In this document: positions 39,593 through 49,881 of the stretch, in pieces
How the letters are laid out: each line of letters begins with the position of its first letter
Position numbering within the stretch: position 1 is the stretch's first letter
Source: Candidatus Omnitrophota bacterium
Lineage (GTDB): Bacteria; Omnitrophota; Gorgyraeia; Zapsychrales; Fredricksoniimonadaceae
Direction: 5' to 3'
DNA length: 64,000 nt
Assembly: GCA_903944345.1 (NCBI GenBank)
Contig: CAJARJ010000009.1
Location: forward strand, 65,875-129,874
The notes under the pieces: generated by a model
What the model saw: only the letters and a program-made list of their open reading frames with translations
Told to the model about the DNA's origin: nothing
Databases searched by the model: none
Made by a program: the position numbers and the translations under genes

Positions 39593-39677
39593 GGAGAGGT
39601 GGCTGAGCGGCCGAAAGCGGCGGTCTTGAAAACCGTTGACTCGTAAGGGTCCGTGAGTTCGAATCTCACCCTCTCCG
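39593..39677 (+). tRNA. tRNA-Ser (anticodon TGA)
   Basis: GGAGAGGTGGCTGAGCGGCCGAAAGC...CGGT-CTTGAAA-ACCG...GAGTTCGAATCTCACCCTCTCCG, followed by CTCTTTTTT. Confidence 0.85.
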
Positions 39678-39869
39678 CTCTTTTTTCATCTGCGCATCCC
39701 GGACTACTTCATTTTTATCATCCGTTACGTTATTGACGGGCTGGTCAAACGGACAGACTGGAGCAAGTCTGCGGTGGAAGACAGCCATCTCTGCTGTATT
39801 CGCTCCAACTAGAAACCTAATAACACCAGATCTCCGTCCAGCTGCCAAAAGTGACGTTCCGGTTTTTCT

Positions 39870-40469
39870 TCAAAAAAGCTGTCTGAATATCTTCAGATAG
39901 ACATCCCCGGATTTATCCACCATGCCCCGAAAAAATTCAGGAAACGAAAAGCCTGGAAGAATCAACCCGGACACAAGTGCCACCAAAAAGATATCAACCA
40001 GATAAATCAGCGACATGGCAAAAAAGTAATCCGGTTTGCCAGGAACATTATCTTTGGCATATAAATCCCCGGCGGTCATAACGATATGCATGACGATGGT
40101 AAAAGACAACAAGAAAAGCAGAAATGGCCGGAAAGTCTCAATTTGGCCAATGGCCGTTGCCAGCATATAACCTAAAAGAACAAACAAAGTATAAATCGGA
40201 AGAACAAACGGCGCAGTGCTGATCAGGGGTTTGAGAAAACCGCACAGACTCGCTACGACCTTCTGCCCGAATAAATAAACGTGAGAAAAATCGTAAACAA
40301 AAAGTCTGCAAAAAAGATAACTGCCCAGCCCTAACTGCAACATGTCGCGGACCGAAGCTTCAAAAGAAGAATAACCGGCCAAAAGAGCCGCAGTTGTTCC
40401 GATCACAGCGGGAAATAAGGAAGCCGCAGCAAAAAATTTGAAAATATACAAAAAAGTCTCTTTCACCAA
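39870..40469 (-). CDS. Hypothetical polytopic membrane protein
   Basis: 199 aa with 5-6 hydrophobic segments. No recognisable motif. Confidence 0.45.
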   Translation of the reverse strand: MVKETFLYIFKFFAAASLFPAVIGTTAALLAGYSSFEASVRDMLQLGLGSYLFCRLFVYDFSHVYLFGQKVVASLCGFLKPLISTAPFVLPIYTLFVLLGYMLATAIGQIETFRPFLLFLLSFTIVMHIVMTAGDLYAKDNVPGKPDYFFAMSLIYLVDIFLVALVSGLILPGFSFPEFFRGMVDKSGDVYLKIFRQLF

Positions 40470-40481
40470 TACCTCCGAAGA

Positions 40482-41753
40482 TCAGACAGTTATCTTCTTT
40501 AATCCATTAGTGTACGGCCAAAGCACCTCGGGAACCATGATAGAACCATCCGCCTGCTGATAATTCTCTATGATAGCAATCATTGTTCTGGGAGTGGCCA
40601 CTCCGGAACCATTGAGAGTATGCACAAAAACCGGCTTCTTCATCCCTGCGCCCTTATAGCGGATATTGGCCCGGCGCGCCTGGAAATCTTCGAAATTAGA
40701 ACAGCTGGAAGCCTCCAGCCATTTATCCAGCCCAGGGGCGTAAACCTCGAGATCATAACACTTTGCTGCCGCAAAACTCATATCTCCGGCAGCCAGTTCG
40801 ATCACGCGGTAAGGTAATTTCAAGAGCTGAAACACTCTTTCAGCATTACTGACGAGCATCTCAAGCTCGTCATACGACGCCTCAGGCTTGACGAACTTGA
40901 CCAGCTCGACTTTATTAAACTGGTGAACACGCATCAGTCCGCGGGTATCCTTGCCGTAAGACCCCGCCTCCCTGCGAAAACACGACGAATAGGCGGTATG
41001 ATAAAGCGGCAATCTGGATTCATCCAGAATTTCGTCACGATACATGTTGGTAACCGGGACTTCCGCCGTAGGAATAAGATAAAGCGCATCTTCCGGAAGA
41101 AAATACATATCATCCTTCATTTTGGGCAGCTGCCCTGTCCCCTGCATACTGGCAGCATTAACCAAAACCGGAGGGAAGACCTCTTCGTAACCATGGTGAC
41201 GGGTATGCAGATCCAGCATAAAATTTATCAACGCCCGCTCAAGCAAGGCTCCGGCTTTCTTGTAAAGCAGAAAATTGGCACCGGAAAGTTTAGTCGCCCG
41301 CTTGAAATCAATAATATCCAGACGTTCCGCCAAAGCCACGTGATCCTGGGGCTTGAAGTCAAAAGAAAAAAGTTCCCCGCAACGGCGAACCTCCCTGTTG
41401 TTCTCCGGCCCCCCCCAGGGAACCTGGGGATACGGCACATTAGGAACATACAGTAACTTCTGCGTGATTTCATCCTCGATCAAGGCAAGCCGCGGATCGA
41501 TAGCGTCAATCTCGACTGCCACCGATTTCATGGCGGCGATAGCCTGCGCCGGATCTTTCTTCTCTCGAATCATCAACGAAATCTCGTCATTGGCTGCATT
41601 CTTGCGAGCCTTGAGCTGGTCAGCCCTGACAATCAGCGCCCGGCGTTCCTCGTCAAGAGCGAGAATAGCATCAAGATCCGCTCGCGAATTCTTCGCGGCC
41701 AATCCCTGCCTGACCCGCTCCACATTCTCCCGAATAAATTTCAAATCCAGCAT
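40482..41753 (-). CDS. serS: Seryl-tRNA synthetase
   Basis: MLDLKFIRENVERV N-terminal coiled coil and class II aaRS motifs; 423 aa. Confidence 0.9.
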   Translation of the reverse strand: MLDLKFIRENVERVRQGLAAKNSRADLDAILALDEERRALIVRADQLKARKNAANDEISLMIREKKDPAQAIAAMKSVAVEIDAIDPRLALIEDEITQKLLYVPNVPYPQVPWGGPENNREVRRCGELFSFDFKPQDHVALAERLDIIDFKRATKLSGANFLLYKKAGALLERALINFMLDLHTRHHGYEEVFPPVLVNAASMQGTGQLPKMKDDMYFLPEDALYLIPTAEVPVTNMYRDEILDESRLPLYHTAYSSCFRREAGSYGKDTRGLMRVHQFNKVELVKFVKPEASYDELEMLVSNAERVFQLLKLPYRVIELAAGDMSFAAAKCYDLEVYAPGLDKWLEASSCSNFEDFQARRANIRYKGAGMKKPVFVHTLNGSGVATPRTMIAIIENYQQADGSIMVPEVLWPYTNGLKKITV

Positions 41754-41786
41754 GTTAGAAACCTTTCCGCCTGTCCGGTACGCCCT

Positions 41787-42344
41787 TCAGGCCTTTAGAC
41801 ACCATTTAATTGAACACCCCATTGACGGATTCTGCTTTTTGTCCACCGAAAGTCCGGCGGCCATATTATTCATTGCTTCTTTTAATTCTTCCCGGGTCAC
41901 AGCGTCTTCATCTTTCCAATTGTCATCAATACGTCCATGATAAACAAGCTCTTTCTTTCCGTTAAAAAGATAAATGTCGGGAGTACACTGCGCCTTAAAA
42001 AGCCGAGCCACATCCTGCTTGTCATCAACAAGATACGGGAAAGACATCTCCAGTGTATGGCTTAACTCTTCCATCTTGGCGGGAGAATCTTCCGGATATT
42101 CCGGATGAATATTAGGATTAATCGCCACAGTAGCCACACGCATGCCCGCAGCATACCGGGCCAAACGAAGCAACCGCGGCCAGACAGCCTGGGCATACGG
42201 GCAATGGTTGCACGAAAATATAACAAGCAACCCCCGTTCCGCCGGCAAAGCGGCGCTGCAAAAAAGCTTGCCTGAAAAGTCTTTAAGCTCGAACGTCGGC
42301 AAAGGGAAACCCAGAGGAATCTTGACCGATTCAAGTAAAGCCAT
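41787..42344 (-). CDS. Thioredoxin-fold thiol-disulfide oxidoreductase (TlpA/AhpC-like)
   Basis: CNHCPY (CxxC) active site. I trimmed the start to MALLESVK. Confidence 0.6.
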   Translation of the reverse strand: MALLESVKIPLGFPLPTFELKDFSGKLFCSAALPAERGLLVIFSCNHCPYAQAVWPRLLRLARYAAGMRVATVAINPNIHPEYPEDSPAKMEELSHTLEMSFPYLVDDKQDVARLFKAQCTPDIYLFNGKKELVYHGRIDDNWKDEDAVTREELKEAMNNMAAGLSVDKKQNPSMGCSIKWCLKA

Positions 42345-42455
42345 AATAATCCTTTCGTAATAAAGCAAAAAAATAATACAATAACAACAATCCTGCAAGC
42401 GTCATAGCCAAGGACAGCGTTAAATCACCGCACAGTATATAACAAAGGACTGAAA

Positions 42456-43097
42456 ATGCGAAACAAAAGCCCCCTTATCGTAATCCAGATGGAACTTGGC
42501 CTCATGGCCAATTTTACCTATGTCGTCGCAGATCCGGCCAGCCGTAAAGCCATGTTAATCGACCCTGCCGACGACAAGAAAAGCATCCTGAACAAAATCC
42601 GGGACAACGCCCTGCTTCTGTCCGGGATTCTGCTGACTCACGGGCACTTCGATCACACCGGAGGCGCCAAAGCTATCGCAAGCGAGCTGAACATTCCCGT
42701 TTATCTCTCCGCTCATGAAGCCAAGTTTTATATCCCGAATTGCCCCCATCTGACATTCGTTAACGATGGCCAGACCATTCCTCTTGGAGATCTTTCCATT
42801 GAATGCCTGCACACTCCGGGTCATACTCCAGGCTGTCAGTGTTTTCTGATCAACCAGAACCTATTTACAGGAGATACTCTGTTTGTTGATGCGATTGGAA
42901 GAACCGACTTTCCTGGCGGCGACCCTAAAGCCCTCTTTGAGAGTCTGCAGAAAATCAAGCAGCTCCCCGACGAAACAATGACATGGCCCGGACATAACTA
43001 CGGAGCAACACCAAACGGGAAACTGGGAGACCTGAAAAAATCCAATCCTTTTCTGGCCAGTGCCAGAATAGAAGATTTTTTGCATATTAACGAATAA
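42456..43097 (+). CDS. MBL-fold metallo-hydrolase (glyoxalase II-like)
   Basis: THGHFDHTGG (HxHxDH) motif, and HTPGHTPG. Confidence 0.8.
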   Translation: MRNKSPLIVIQMELGLMANFTYVVADPASRKAMLIDPADDKKSILNKIRDNALLLSGILLTHGHFDHTGGAKAIASELNIPVYLSAHEAKFYIPNCPHLTFVNDGQTIPLGDLSIECLHTPGHTPGCQCFLINQNLFTGDTLFVDAIGRTDFPGGDPKALFESLQKIKQLPDETMTWPGHNYGATPNGKLGDLKKSNPFLASARIEDFLHINE

Positions 43098-43129
43098 GGA
43101 CAACCTTTATTGCTGCACAATAACCAGGT

Positions 43130-44197
43130 TCAGGTTGATCTGACAGCCGAACGGGAAGACAGCAAGACGAGTGTTTCAATATGCCTGGTCCGGGGGAAAA
43201 AATCAAACGGACGAACCTGAGCAATATCCCATTGTTTTTCCAACAGAACCAAATCTCTGGCCAGGCTTTGCGGAGAGCAGGATAAATACAACAAACTGTC
43301 CGCGCCACGGGTTTCGTTAAGAAGTGCGATAGCAGAAGCGCTTAATCCGGCTCGTGGCGGATCCACCATAAGAATCCCGCGGGATAAACCGGCCTCGGCA
43401 ACCAGAGCGGGAAAAACATCCTCAACTCTTCCCTGACGAACTTCCAGATTCCCTGCCTTATTATGCATCAAGTTATATCGAGCCAGACGGACTGAATGCT
43501 CGTTTTCTTCGATATTGATCACTTTTCTGACCAGATCATTGGTCATTAACCCGAAAAACCCAACACCTCCGTAGAGGTCATAGAGGATCTTATCCTCTCC
43601 CCAAACCGGCAAAGACCGCAGGACGCCAGCCAGGGAGGGAAGGATTGAAAGGTTGGCCTGAAAAAAAGTATCGAGCGAATAAAAAACTTTTCGCCCCAGC
43701 AACTCCGTATACAAATACTCACTGTCCTGAAGACGGGTGGACTTGCGGCCAATCCCCCCCCAACGCACCGGAGCAGCATCCCCACAACGCACAACCAGAC
43801 TGGCCATACGATAATCAGCCGGAATCCTGGCCTCAGCTTCCCGACGCAAATCAGGAATGAAATCGGAAATCTGCTCCATTGCTATCGGACAGGACGTAAT
43901 TTCCAGAACAGGGCCACGCTCAACCGGAGAAAAGCCGATATAAACCTTCCGGTCACGTCGCTGTAACAGCTTGAGATCCAGACGATTACGATAATGATAA
44001 ACCCGAGGCGAAGGCTCCACCGGAAAAAGTTTTTGCTCAACAAATCCGGGAACCGGCAAAAGAGCTGAACGTAGCACCTCAGCCTTCAGCTGCAACTCCC
44101 GTTCGTAAGGGATATCCTGATACTGACAGCCTCCGCAAAGCCCGAAAACCGGACAAACAGGAGTCGCCTGATCAAAAGAATCTGATGTATGAATCAA
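43130..44197 (-). CDS. RumA/TrmA-family SAM-dependent RNA (uracil-5)-methyltransferase
   Basis: N-terminal Fe-S Cys cluster (CPVFGLCGGCQYQ) and a class I methyltransferase core (DLYGGVGFFG). Confidence 0.7.
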   Translation of the reverse strand: MIHTSDSFDQATPVCPVFGLCGGCQYQDIPYERELQLKAEVLRSALLPVPGFVEQKLFPVEPSPRVYHYRNRLDLKLLQRRDRKVYIGFSPVERGPVLEITSCPIAMEQISDFIPDLRREAEARIPADYRMASLVVRCGDAAPVRWGGIGRKSTRLQDSEYLYTELLGRKVFYSLDTFFQANLSILPSLAGVLRSLPVWGEDKILYDLYGGVGFFGLMTNDLVRKVINIEENEHSVRLARYNLMHNKAGNLEVRQGRVEDVFPALVAEAGLSRGILMVDPPRAGLSASAIALLNETRGADSLLYLSCSPQSLARDLVLLEKQWDIAQVRPFDFFPRTRHIETLVLLSSRSAVRST

Positions 44198-44781
44198 AAG
44201 GTTGCCTTGAATGTATGCATCATGTATAACAAGTTCCAGCGATCACGTTTCTGGTAATGCCCGGCCGCTCCGATATATGTAATGGAATAAGCTTTCTTTT
44301 CAGACAAAAAAACATAAACAACTATGACCGAAGGCGTGTCCCCCTCGGCCGACAGCACCGTTTTCCAACCGGGCCGTCCGGAAATCTTGATCGCGACCGA
44401 TTCGATCACCTTGACATTAGGAAAAATCTCGGTCATCTGCAGACCAGCCACACGGGCATATTCTTCCACGGAAACAGCGTCGGCAGGCACATCGTTGACT
44501 GTCAGTGCTACATTCTCAAGAAAGATATCCAAAGGGGTTTCCTGAGGTGACACAAAGGCCACCAGAGCCTGGGGCTGCGGATGCACAACAACCTTCCAGG
44601 CGGATGGATAAGCCAAACTAAAACGATCTTCGAAACTTCGATAGTTCTTGAACATAATAGAAAGAAAAACAAAAACCGACAAACCTGCAAACAGCAAAAC
44701 GCCAAGAATGGAAAAGAGCACAATTTTAAATATTCCAACAGGTTTGTCTTTCACTATTCCTTCTCCATTCCGGTTTACCAT
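44194..44781 (-). CDS. Membrane-anchored hypothetical protein (PsbP/DcrB-like fold?)
   Basis: One N-terminal TM segment followed by a beta-rich domain. I trimmed the start to MVNRNGEG to avoid a 64-nt overlap with the upstream gene. Confidence 0.4.
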   Translation of the reverse strand: MVNRNGEGIVKDKPVGIFKIVLFSILGVLLFAGLSVFVFLSIMFKNYRSFEDRFSLAYPSAWKVVVHPQPQALVAFVSPQETPLDIFLENVALTVNDVPADAVSVEEYARVAGLQMTEIFPNVKVIESVAIKISGRPGWKTVLSAEGDTPSVIVVYVFLSEKKAYSITYIGAAGHYQKRDRWNLLYMMHTFKATF

Positions 44782-46103
44782 CTGATCGGCTCCAAAGGCA
44801 TTTCTAGCGAGCGCCACACAGCCAACGGCTCCATACATAAATATACAGGAACCCTGGCACCGAACTTCTCCCTGATCAAAGAGAGCATCACCCGATAAAT
44901 CCCCAGGCGAACTGATTCATGATAACGCAGTTTCCTGTCCGAACCCGGCAGCAGTTCTGCATCAAGGATTGTATTGCAGGGAAACCGATTTTCAATCATT
45001 TTCTTCTGGGTGAATGTCATGCGCAAGGTTCCCAGGCTAATCCAGGCCATGCTGGCTGAAGGAACGGCCGAAGCAATGGCCTTTACAACATCAGCATAAT
45101 CTCCCTCCCAGCCAGGGTAATAAAAAACAGGGTCGAAATGAAATGCTGTGCGATAACCCGCCCGGGCACAGAAAGCAGCGGCCTCGATCCTCTGCAACAG
45201 TCCAGCAGACAAGAATTCTTCCCGGTCAATAACCGTCTGTGGATTGACCGACCAGGCTGCCACAATATTCGGCCGTCCCGCATGGGCGAGGAGTCCCTGG
45301 ACATTCGCGCTTTTGGTTTTAAACTCAAACACACTCTCGGGATGCCCGCGAAAGAAATCCACTATTTTGCCAGAAAAACCGGTTAGATGATCAAAAGCAA
45401 GGGAATCCGTCGTCTCTCCGGATCCCACCCGAACAGCTTTGCGATACCCGGCAAAAGAAGAAAAGAAATCATCAATATTCGCTGGCAGAACAATTCCAGG
45501 AGCGTTGGTATAACTCTGCAGAAAACAGTACGAGCACTCGTAAGGACAACCAAATCCGAGGTTTACATTATGATAACCGCACCCCAGAACTCCGGGAGAA
45601 CAGGGACACGGTTTGTAATAATCATAAGCTTCCCGGACAATAAACAATTCCTTTGTCCGCTGATTATAAGCCTCGGCTGTGAAACGTGTTTGTCCGACAA
45701 ACTGCTTGTAACTTTTAATCTGGCGAAACTGTGCCCGTGGAAACAAGCGACCAACCTGTGCAGATAAATCTGTTTTGCTGACAGATTCTTCAATAAAAAT
45801 TCTTTCCGGGGAGAAAGCGGCTTCCCTGGCGGTGTCGACCTGACGATCCGGAGAAATATCCAGTACAGGAAAAACGGCATTGACAATAATGCCAGCGCTC
45901 GCAAGCTCCGGAAAACGTCTTTTAACCAGCTTGTGCTTGAGCTGTTCAAAAGACAGGCTTTCTTCAGATATGGATGCCAAAACAGTATCCGGAGAAATCT
46001 TTTCTCTTTTGGCAATTTCATAAACCAGCCGCACCAGTTCCTGTCGCTTATTGGGCCCTGCCCAGGGGAAACGCAGTAGAACAAGTTCTTGCAAACCCGA
46101 CAT
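44775..46103 (-). CDS. Radical SAM protein, spore-photoproduct-lyase-like family
   Basis: CPYECSYC (Cx3Cx2C) motif. I trimmed the start to ATG at 46103, which overlaps the AKR stop as TGATG. Confidence 0.6.
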   Translation of the reverse strand: MSGLQELVLLRFPWAGPNKRQELVRLVYEIAKREKISPDTVLASISEESLSFEQLKHKLVKRRFPELASAGIIVNAVFPVLDISPDRQVDTAREAAFSPERIFIEESVSKTDLSAQVGRLFPRAQFRQIKSYKQFVGQTRFTAEAYNQRTKELFIVREAYDYYKPCPCSPGVLGCGYHNVNLGFGCPYECSYCFLQSYTNAPGIVLPANIDDFFSSFAGYRKAVRVGSGETTDSLAFDHLTGFSGKIVDFFRGHPESVFEFKTKSANVQGLLAHAGRPNIVAAWSVNPQTVIDREEFLSAGLLQRIEAAAFCARAGYRTAFHFDPVFYYPGWEGDYADVVKAIASAVPSASMAWISLGTLRMTFTQKKMIENRFPCNTILDAELLPGSDRKLRYHESVRLGIYRVMLSLIREKFGARVPVYLCMEPLAVWRSLEMPLEPIRW

Positions 46104-47029
46104 CACACCCCCTCTGCGGAAGTCTGCCCACAAAGCGCATACTCCCGCTCGGACAAGCTCCACCCCGCAGCCCCGGCGTTTTCTTTGAGCTGCAAATGCG
46201 TCCGCGCACCGGCCAGCACAGTGAGCACCCCTTTTTTCCCCCTGACCCAGTTCAAGGCAGACTGGCTGGACGGATGGCCAAAAGACTCAAGCATCTGCGC
46301 CACACGGTACGCGTGACCAAAGGCATCTCCTTCAAAAAAACGATAAAATCTCTTTCGAGCATCCTGTTTGCCAAACTGTGGATAGCTCCGATACTTGCCA
46401 GTCAGAATGCCACCGCCCAACGCTCCATAAGCAATAAACCCGATACCGTGCTCCAGACAATATGGCAAGATTTCTTTCTCTGCCTCTTGCTGTAACAAGG
46501 AGTACTGCATTTGCAGTGTGCTAACCGGTGCGACCCTGCGGGCACGCTCCAGAAGAGAAATATCCGCATTACACATCCCGATATGACGAATTTTTCCTGA
46601 ACCCTGCAATTTGAACAAAATCTCCATTGTCCGCTCAATCAGGACATCCGGATCAGGCCAGTGACACTGGTAAAGATCAATCACATCGCATTGCAGTCGC
46701 GACAAAGAAGCATCGACTTCTTTCAAAACCGAGGCAGCAGACAAATCGTGCCGGATCCGGCCATTCTCACGGATAATCCCGCACTTTGTGGCAATAAAGA
46801 ATTTATCTCTCCTGCCTTGTATAGCCTCGCCAACAATTTGCTCCGCTATGCCATTCGAGTAGAATGGAGCCGTATCGATAAAGTTAATCCCTGCCTCCAT
46901 GGCAGCCTCTACCACCCTGCGGCTGTCCGCTGGATTTCCCCCGCCCCAATGCTCTCCCCCGAAAACCCAGGTGCCAAGTCCAATAACGGAAATCTCCTGC
47001 TTCGAACCGGGAAAAGTTTGATACTGCAT
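46103..47029 (-). CDS. Aldo/keto reductase
   Basis: GLGTWVFGG N-terminus and an AKR-family core; 308 aa. Confidence 0.8.
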   Translation of the reverse strand: MQYQTFPGSKQEISVIGLGTWVFGGEHWGGGNPADSRRVVEAAMEAGINFIDTAPFYSNGIAEQIVGEAIQGRRDKFFIATKCGIIRENGRIRHDLSAASVLKEVDASLSRLQCDVIDLYQCHWPDPDVLIERTMEILFKLQGSGKIRHIGMCNADISLLERARRVAPVSTLQMQYSLLQQEAEKEILPYCLEHGIGFIAYGALGGGILTGKYRSYPQFGKQDARKRFYRFFEGDAFGHAYRVAQMLESFGHPSSQSALNWVRGKKGVLTVLAGARTHLQLKENAGAAGWSLSEREYALCGQTSAEGV

Positions 47030-47116
47030 CTTTATCCTTTCACGCCGAGAAACTTTCGCCAGACAGCTGTGCTATACTTGCAAAACAGAATAACAGCATC
47101 CATGTAAAAGGCAACC

Positions 47117-47827
47117 ATGGACCGATTCCAGTCAATCTTCGGCATACCCACACAAGATATTCGCCGCACTGTAGTTTTACTACCCTTTATCCAACCGGGC
47201 ACCTTGGCTCTTCTGGGCATTGAAAAACTGCAAAACGGAGCGCTTTATTCAAGCGCCTCAACGCACTGCCTTTCGGTCATCCGCACTGGTATCGGTGCAG
47301 CTTTTACCGGGGACGCTGTTCTCTATCTAACTGAAACCCCGGTTCAAAATATCCTGTTTCTGGGAACCTGTGGATTAATTCAACAGACAAAAGACATTAA
47401 CACCGGCTCACTGGTTATTCCCAAACTTTCCTATAACATGGAAAGCTTCTGCGATATCCTGCTCGATGACTGTTCCAGCCCGGTCGCCGCCAACTGCGAT
47501 CCGCAGCTGGCTCATGATGCCCGTATCCTTACCGGACTGAGCCTCCCGGAAGTTTGCTGTGCGAGTTTCGGCTCACTTTATCTGGAAGAACAAAATCAGC
47601 CCCGCCTGCGCGCTCTGGGTATCGAGGTTATTGACATGGAATGCGCTGCGCTTTTTTTTGCTGCCGGCAAGACCGGTCACAGGGCACTGGCACTCCTGTC
47701 GGTGACCGATATCCCCGGGGAAAAACCCTATTACAGCAAAACCACTTCTTCTGACAAAAAAAGCCTGGCTGATAATCTCAGCCAGGCTTGTCTTGCAATC
47801 AATAAAATTGCCAGGCTGTATGCCTAG
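47117..47827 (+). CDS. PNP/MTAN-family nucleosidase (MTA nucleosidase or futalosine hydrolase-like)
   Basis: GTCGLI and VIDMECAALF motifs of the Pfs/MqnB family. Confidence 0.6.
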   Translation: MDRFQSIFGIPTQDIRRTVVLLPFIQPGTLALLGIEKLQNGALYSSASTHCLSVIRTGIGAAFTGDAVLYLTETPVQNILFLGTCGLIQQTKDINTGSLVIPKLSYNMESFCDILLDDCSSPVAANCDPQLAHDARILTGLSLPEVCCASFGSLYLEEQNQPRLRALGIEVIDMECAALFFAAGKTGHRALALLSVTDIPGEKPYYSKTTSSDKKSLADNLSQACLAINKIARLYA

Positions 47828-48771
47828 GATTTCTTTCTGGCAATAACTTTCCGGACGGCAGCCACAATATCAACAGACTTCAGCCGGTAATGCTGTAACA
47901 ACTGCTCCGGAGTTCCTGTCTGGCCAAAAGAATCATCAACACCAACCATCTCCACCGGAACAGGATAATTTCTGACCAAAACCTCCGCCACAGCACTGCC
48001 CAGCCCGCCCGCCAACTGATGCTCTTCTGCTGTAACAACCGCTCCGGTCGTCCGGGCACAATCCAGGATCATTTCGGTGTCCAGGGGCTTGATCGTGTGC
48101 ATGTTAACAACACGTACATGAATATTCTGACCTTGCAAGACTCTGGCAGCATCCAGAGCCTCCGAGACCATCGAGCCACAAGCAATAATCGCCGCATCTT
48201 TGCCATCGCACATCATATTAGCCTTACCCACAATAAAAGGCGAATCTTCCTCTGTCACAACGGGCAGCGGTGATCGCGATAAACGGACATAAAACGGCCC
48301 TGACTGGGCAATGATTGCATCCGCGGCTTTTCGGGCCTCCAAAGTATCGACAGGACAAATCACCCGCATGTTGGGCAGAACCCGCATAATAGCCAAATCC
48401 TCCAGGCACTGGGCACTGGCACCATCCTCTCCGACAGTAACTCCGGCGTGAGTGGCGATCAATTTAACATTCAGGTTGTTGTAACAAACATCCATCCGAA
48501 TCTGGTCGTAGGCACGGTTAGTCAGAAACACCGCAAACGAATTGGTCACAGCAATAAAGTTCTCGCTGGCGAGTCCGGCCGCCATGCCGATCATATCCTG
48601 TTCCGCTATACCGAGCGTAAAAAAACGCTCCGGACAGGCTTTTTTAAAATATTCCGCTCGAGTCGCATCTTCCAGATCAGCGGAAACAACCACAACCGAA
48701 GGATTATTCTTGCCAAGAACAGCCAACTGTTCACCAAAACCATCGCGTGTAGGAACGGGTTTTCTTTCCAT
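47824..48771 (-). CDS. Transketolase, C-terminal subunit (pyrimidine-binding + C-terminal domains)
   Basis: Split-transketolase B chain; 315 aa. It directly follows the N-terminal subunit gene. Confidence 0.85.
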   Translation of the reverse strand: MERKPVPTRDGFGEQLAVLGKNNPSVVVVSADLEDATRAEYFKKACPERFFTLGIAEQDMIGMAAGLASENFIAVTNSFAVFLTNRAYDQIRMDVCYNNLNVKLIATHAGVTVGEDGASAQCLEDLAIMRVLPNMRVICPVDTLEARKAADAIIAQSGPFYVRLSRSPLPVVTEEDSPFIVGKANMMCDGKDAAIIACGSMVSEALDAARVLQGQNIHVRVVNMHTIKPLDTEMILDCARTTGAVVTAEEHQLAGGLGSAVAEVLVRNYPVPVEMVGVDDSFGQTGTPEQLLQHYRLKSVDIVAAVRKVIARKKS

Positions 48772-48773
48772 AA

Positions 48774-49589
48774 TTAGTAGAGCACCTTCAATGCATCAGC
48801 GAGTTGTTCTTTATTGGGAGCTTTTCCATGCCAGGCACTCTTTAATTCCATGAAAGGCACGCCCTTGCCTTTGAGGGTATGCGCAATAATAACAGTCGGC
48901 TTGTTCTCGACCGTTTTGAAAGCCTCGAACGCCTGGATCAAAGACTGAATGTCATGCCCGTCCACTTCGATCACATTCCAACCGAAACTGGACCATTTCT
49001 GCGCTAACGGCTCCAGCCCCTTGATCTCGCTGACCAGCCCGTTCTCCTGAACTTTATTGTAATCCACAATCGCGCAAACATTATTGAGTTTGTAGTGAGC
49101 CGCGCTCATCGCCGCCTCCCACACAGACCCTTCCTGAATCTCGCCATCGCCCATAAGACAATAGACCTTAAAGCCCTTATTCTTCATCTTGGCTGCCATG
49201 GCCACCCCGTTGGAATAGGAAAGCCCATGCCCCAACGATCCGGTATTAAACTCGACTCCGGGCACCTTATGATGAACGTGGCCCTGCAGACGACTGCCAA
49301 ACTTGCGAAAGGTGGACAACTCCTCTTCCGGGAAATAACCAAAACCGGAAAGAGCAACGTAAGTAACGGGAGTAATATGCCCTTTGGAAATAATCAGACG
49401 ATCCCGATCCTCCCAGCGTGGCTCGTTCGGACGATGAGCCATAACCAATCCATACAAAACCACGAATATCTCAACCGCAGACAAAGATCCCCCCGGATGC
49501 CCGGAACCTGCTGCTTCCAGTGTCTCCAGAATCTTCTTTCGAAACTGTAATGCTTTTGTTTTTAATGCTACTGTTTCCGGTTTGCTCAC
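48774..49589 (-). CDS. Transketolase, N-terminal subunit (TPP-binding)
   Basis: GHPGGSLS and GDGE...EA TPP-binding motifs; 271 aa. Confidence 0.85.
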   Translation of the reverse strand: MSKPETVALKTKALQFRKKILETLEAAGSGHPGGSLSAVEIFVVLYGLVMAHRPNEPRWEDRDRLIISKGHITPVTYVALSGFGYFPEEELSTFRKFGSRLQGHVHHKVPGVEFNTGSLGHGLSYSNGVAMAAKMKNKGFKVYCLMGDGEIQEGSVWEAAMSAAHYKLNNVCAIVDYNKVQENGLVSEIKGLEPLAQKWSSFGWNVIEVDGHDIQSLIQAFEAFKTVENKPTVIIAHTLKGKGVPFMELKSAWHGKAPNKEQLADALKVLY

Positions 49590-49846
49590 ACAAGTCTCCT
49601 GTTAGAAAACTTCCTCAAAAAAATGACTGTGAAACTCAAGGAATATATCGCAAGCAAAGGAGGGAGTCAAGTCAAACCCGGCAAAATCTTGATATCAGCC
49701 CTAGGGCAGGTAAAAAGAAGTCTTTGTGGTTCCGGCTGAAAAAATATTCAGCGCACATTCTGGCATTATTCATCTGGTTCAATAATTCCCTAAGTGCAAA
49801 CTTTGGAATTAGAAATACATCGAAGCGAAAATGAGGAGTTTTCAAC

Positions 49847-49875
49847 TTGTCAACCCTTCCAAAAGAGGGTAGAGT
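49847..49875 (+). promoter_or_regulatory. Sigma70-like promoter giving a near-leaderless transcript of the STT3-like gene
   Basis: TTGTCA (49847-49852), a 17-nt spacer, then TAGAGT (49870-49875). The ATG is at 49882 with no Shine-Dalgarno. Confidence 0.35.
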
Positions 49876-49881
49876 GCCTGC

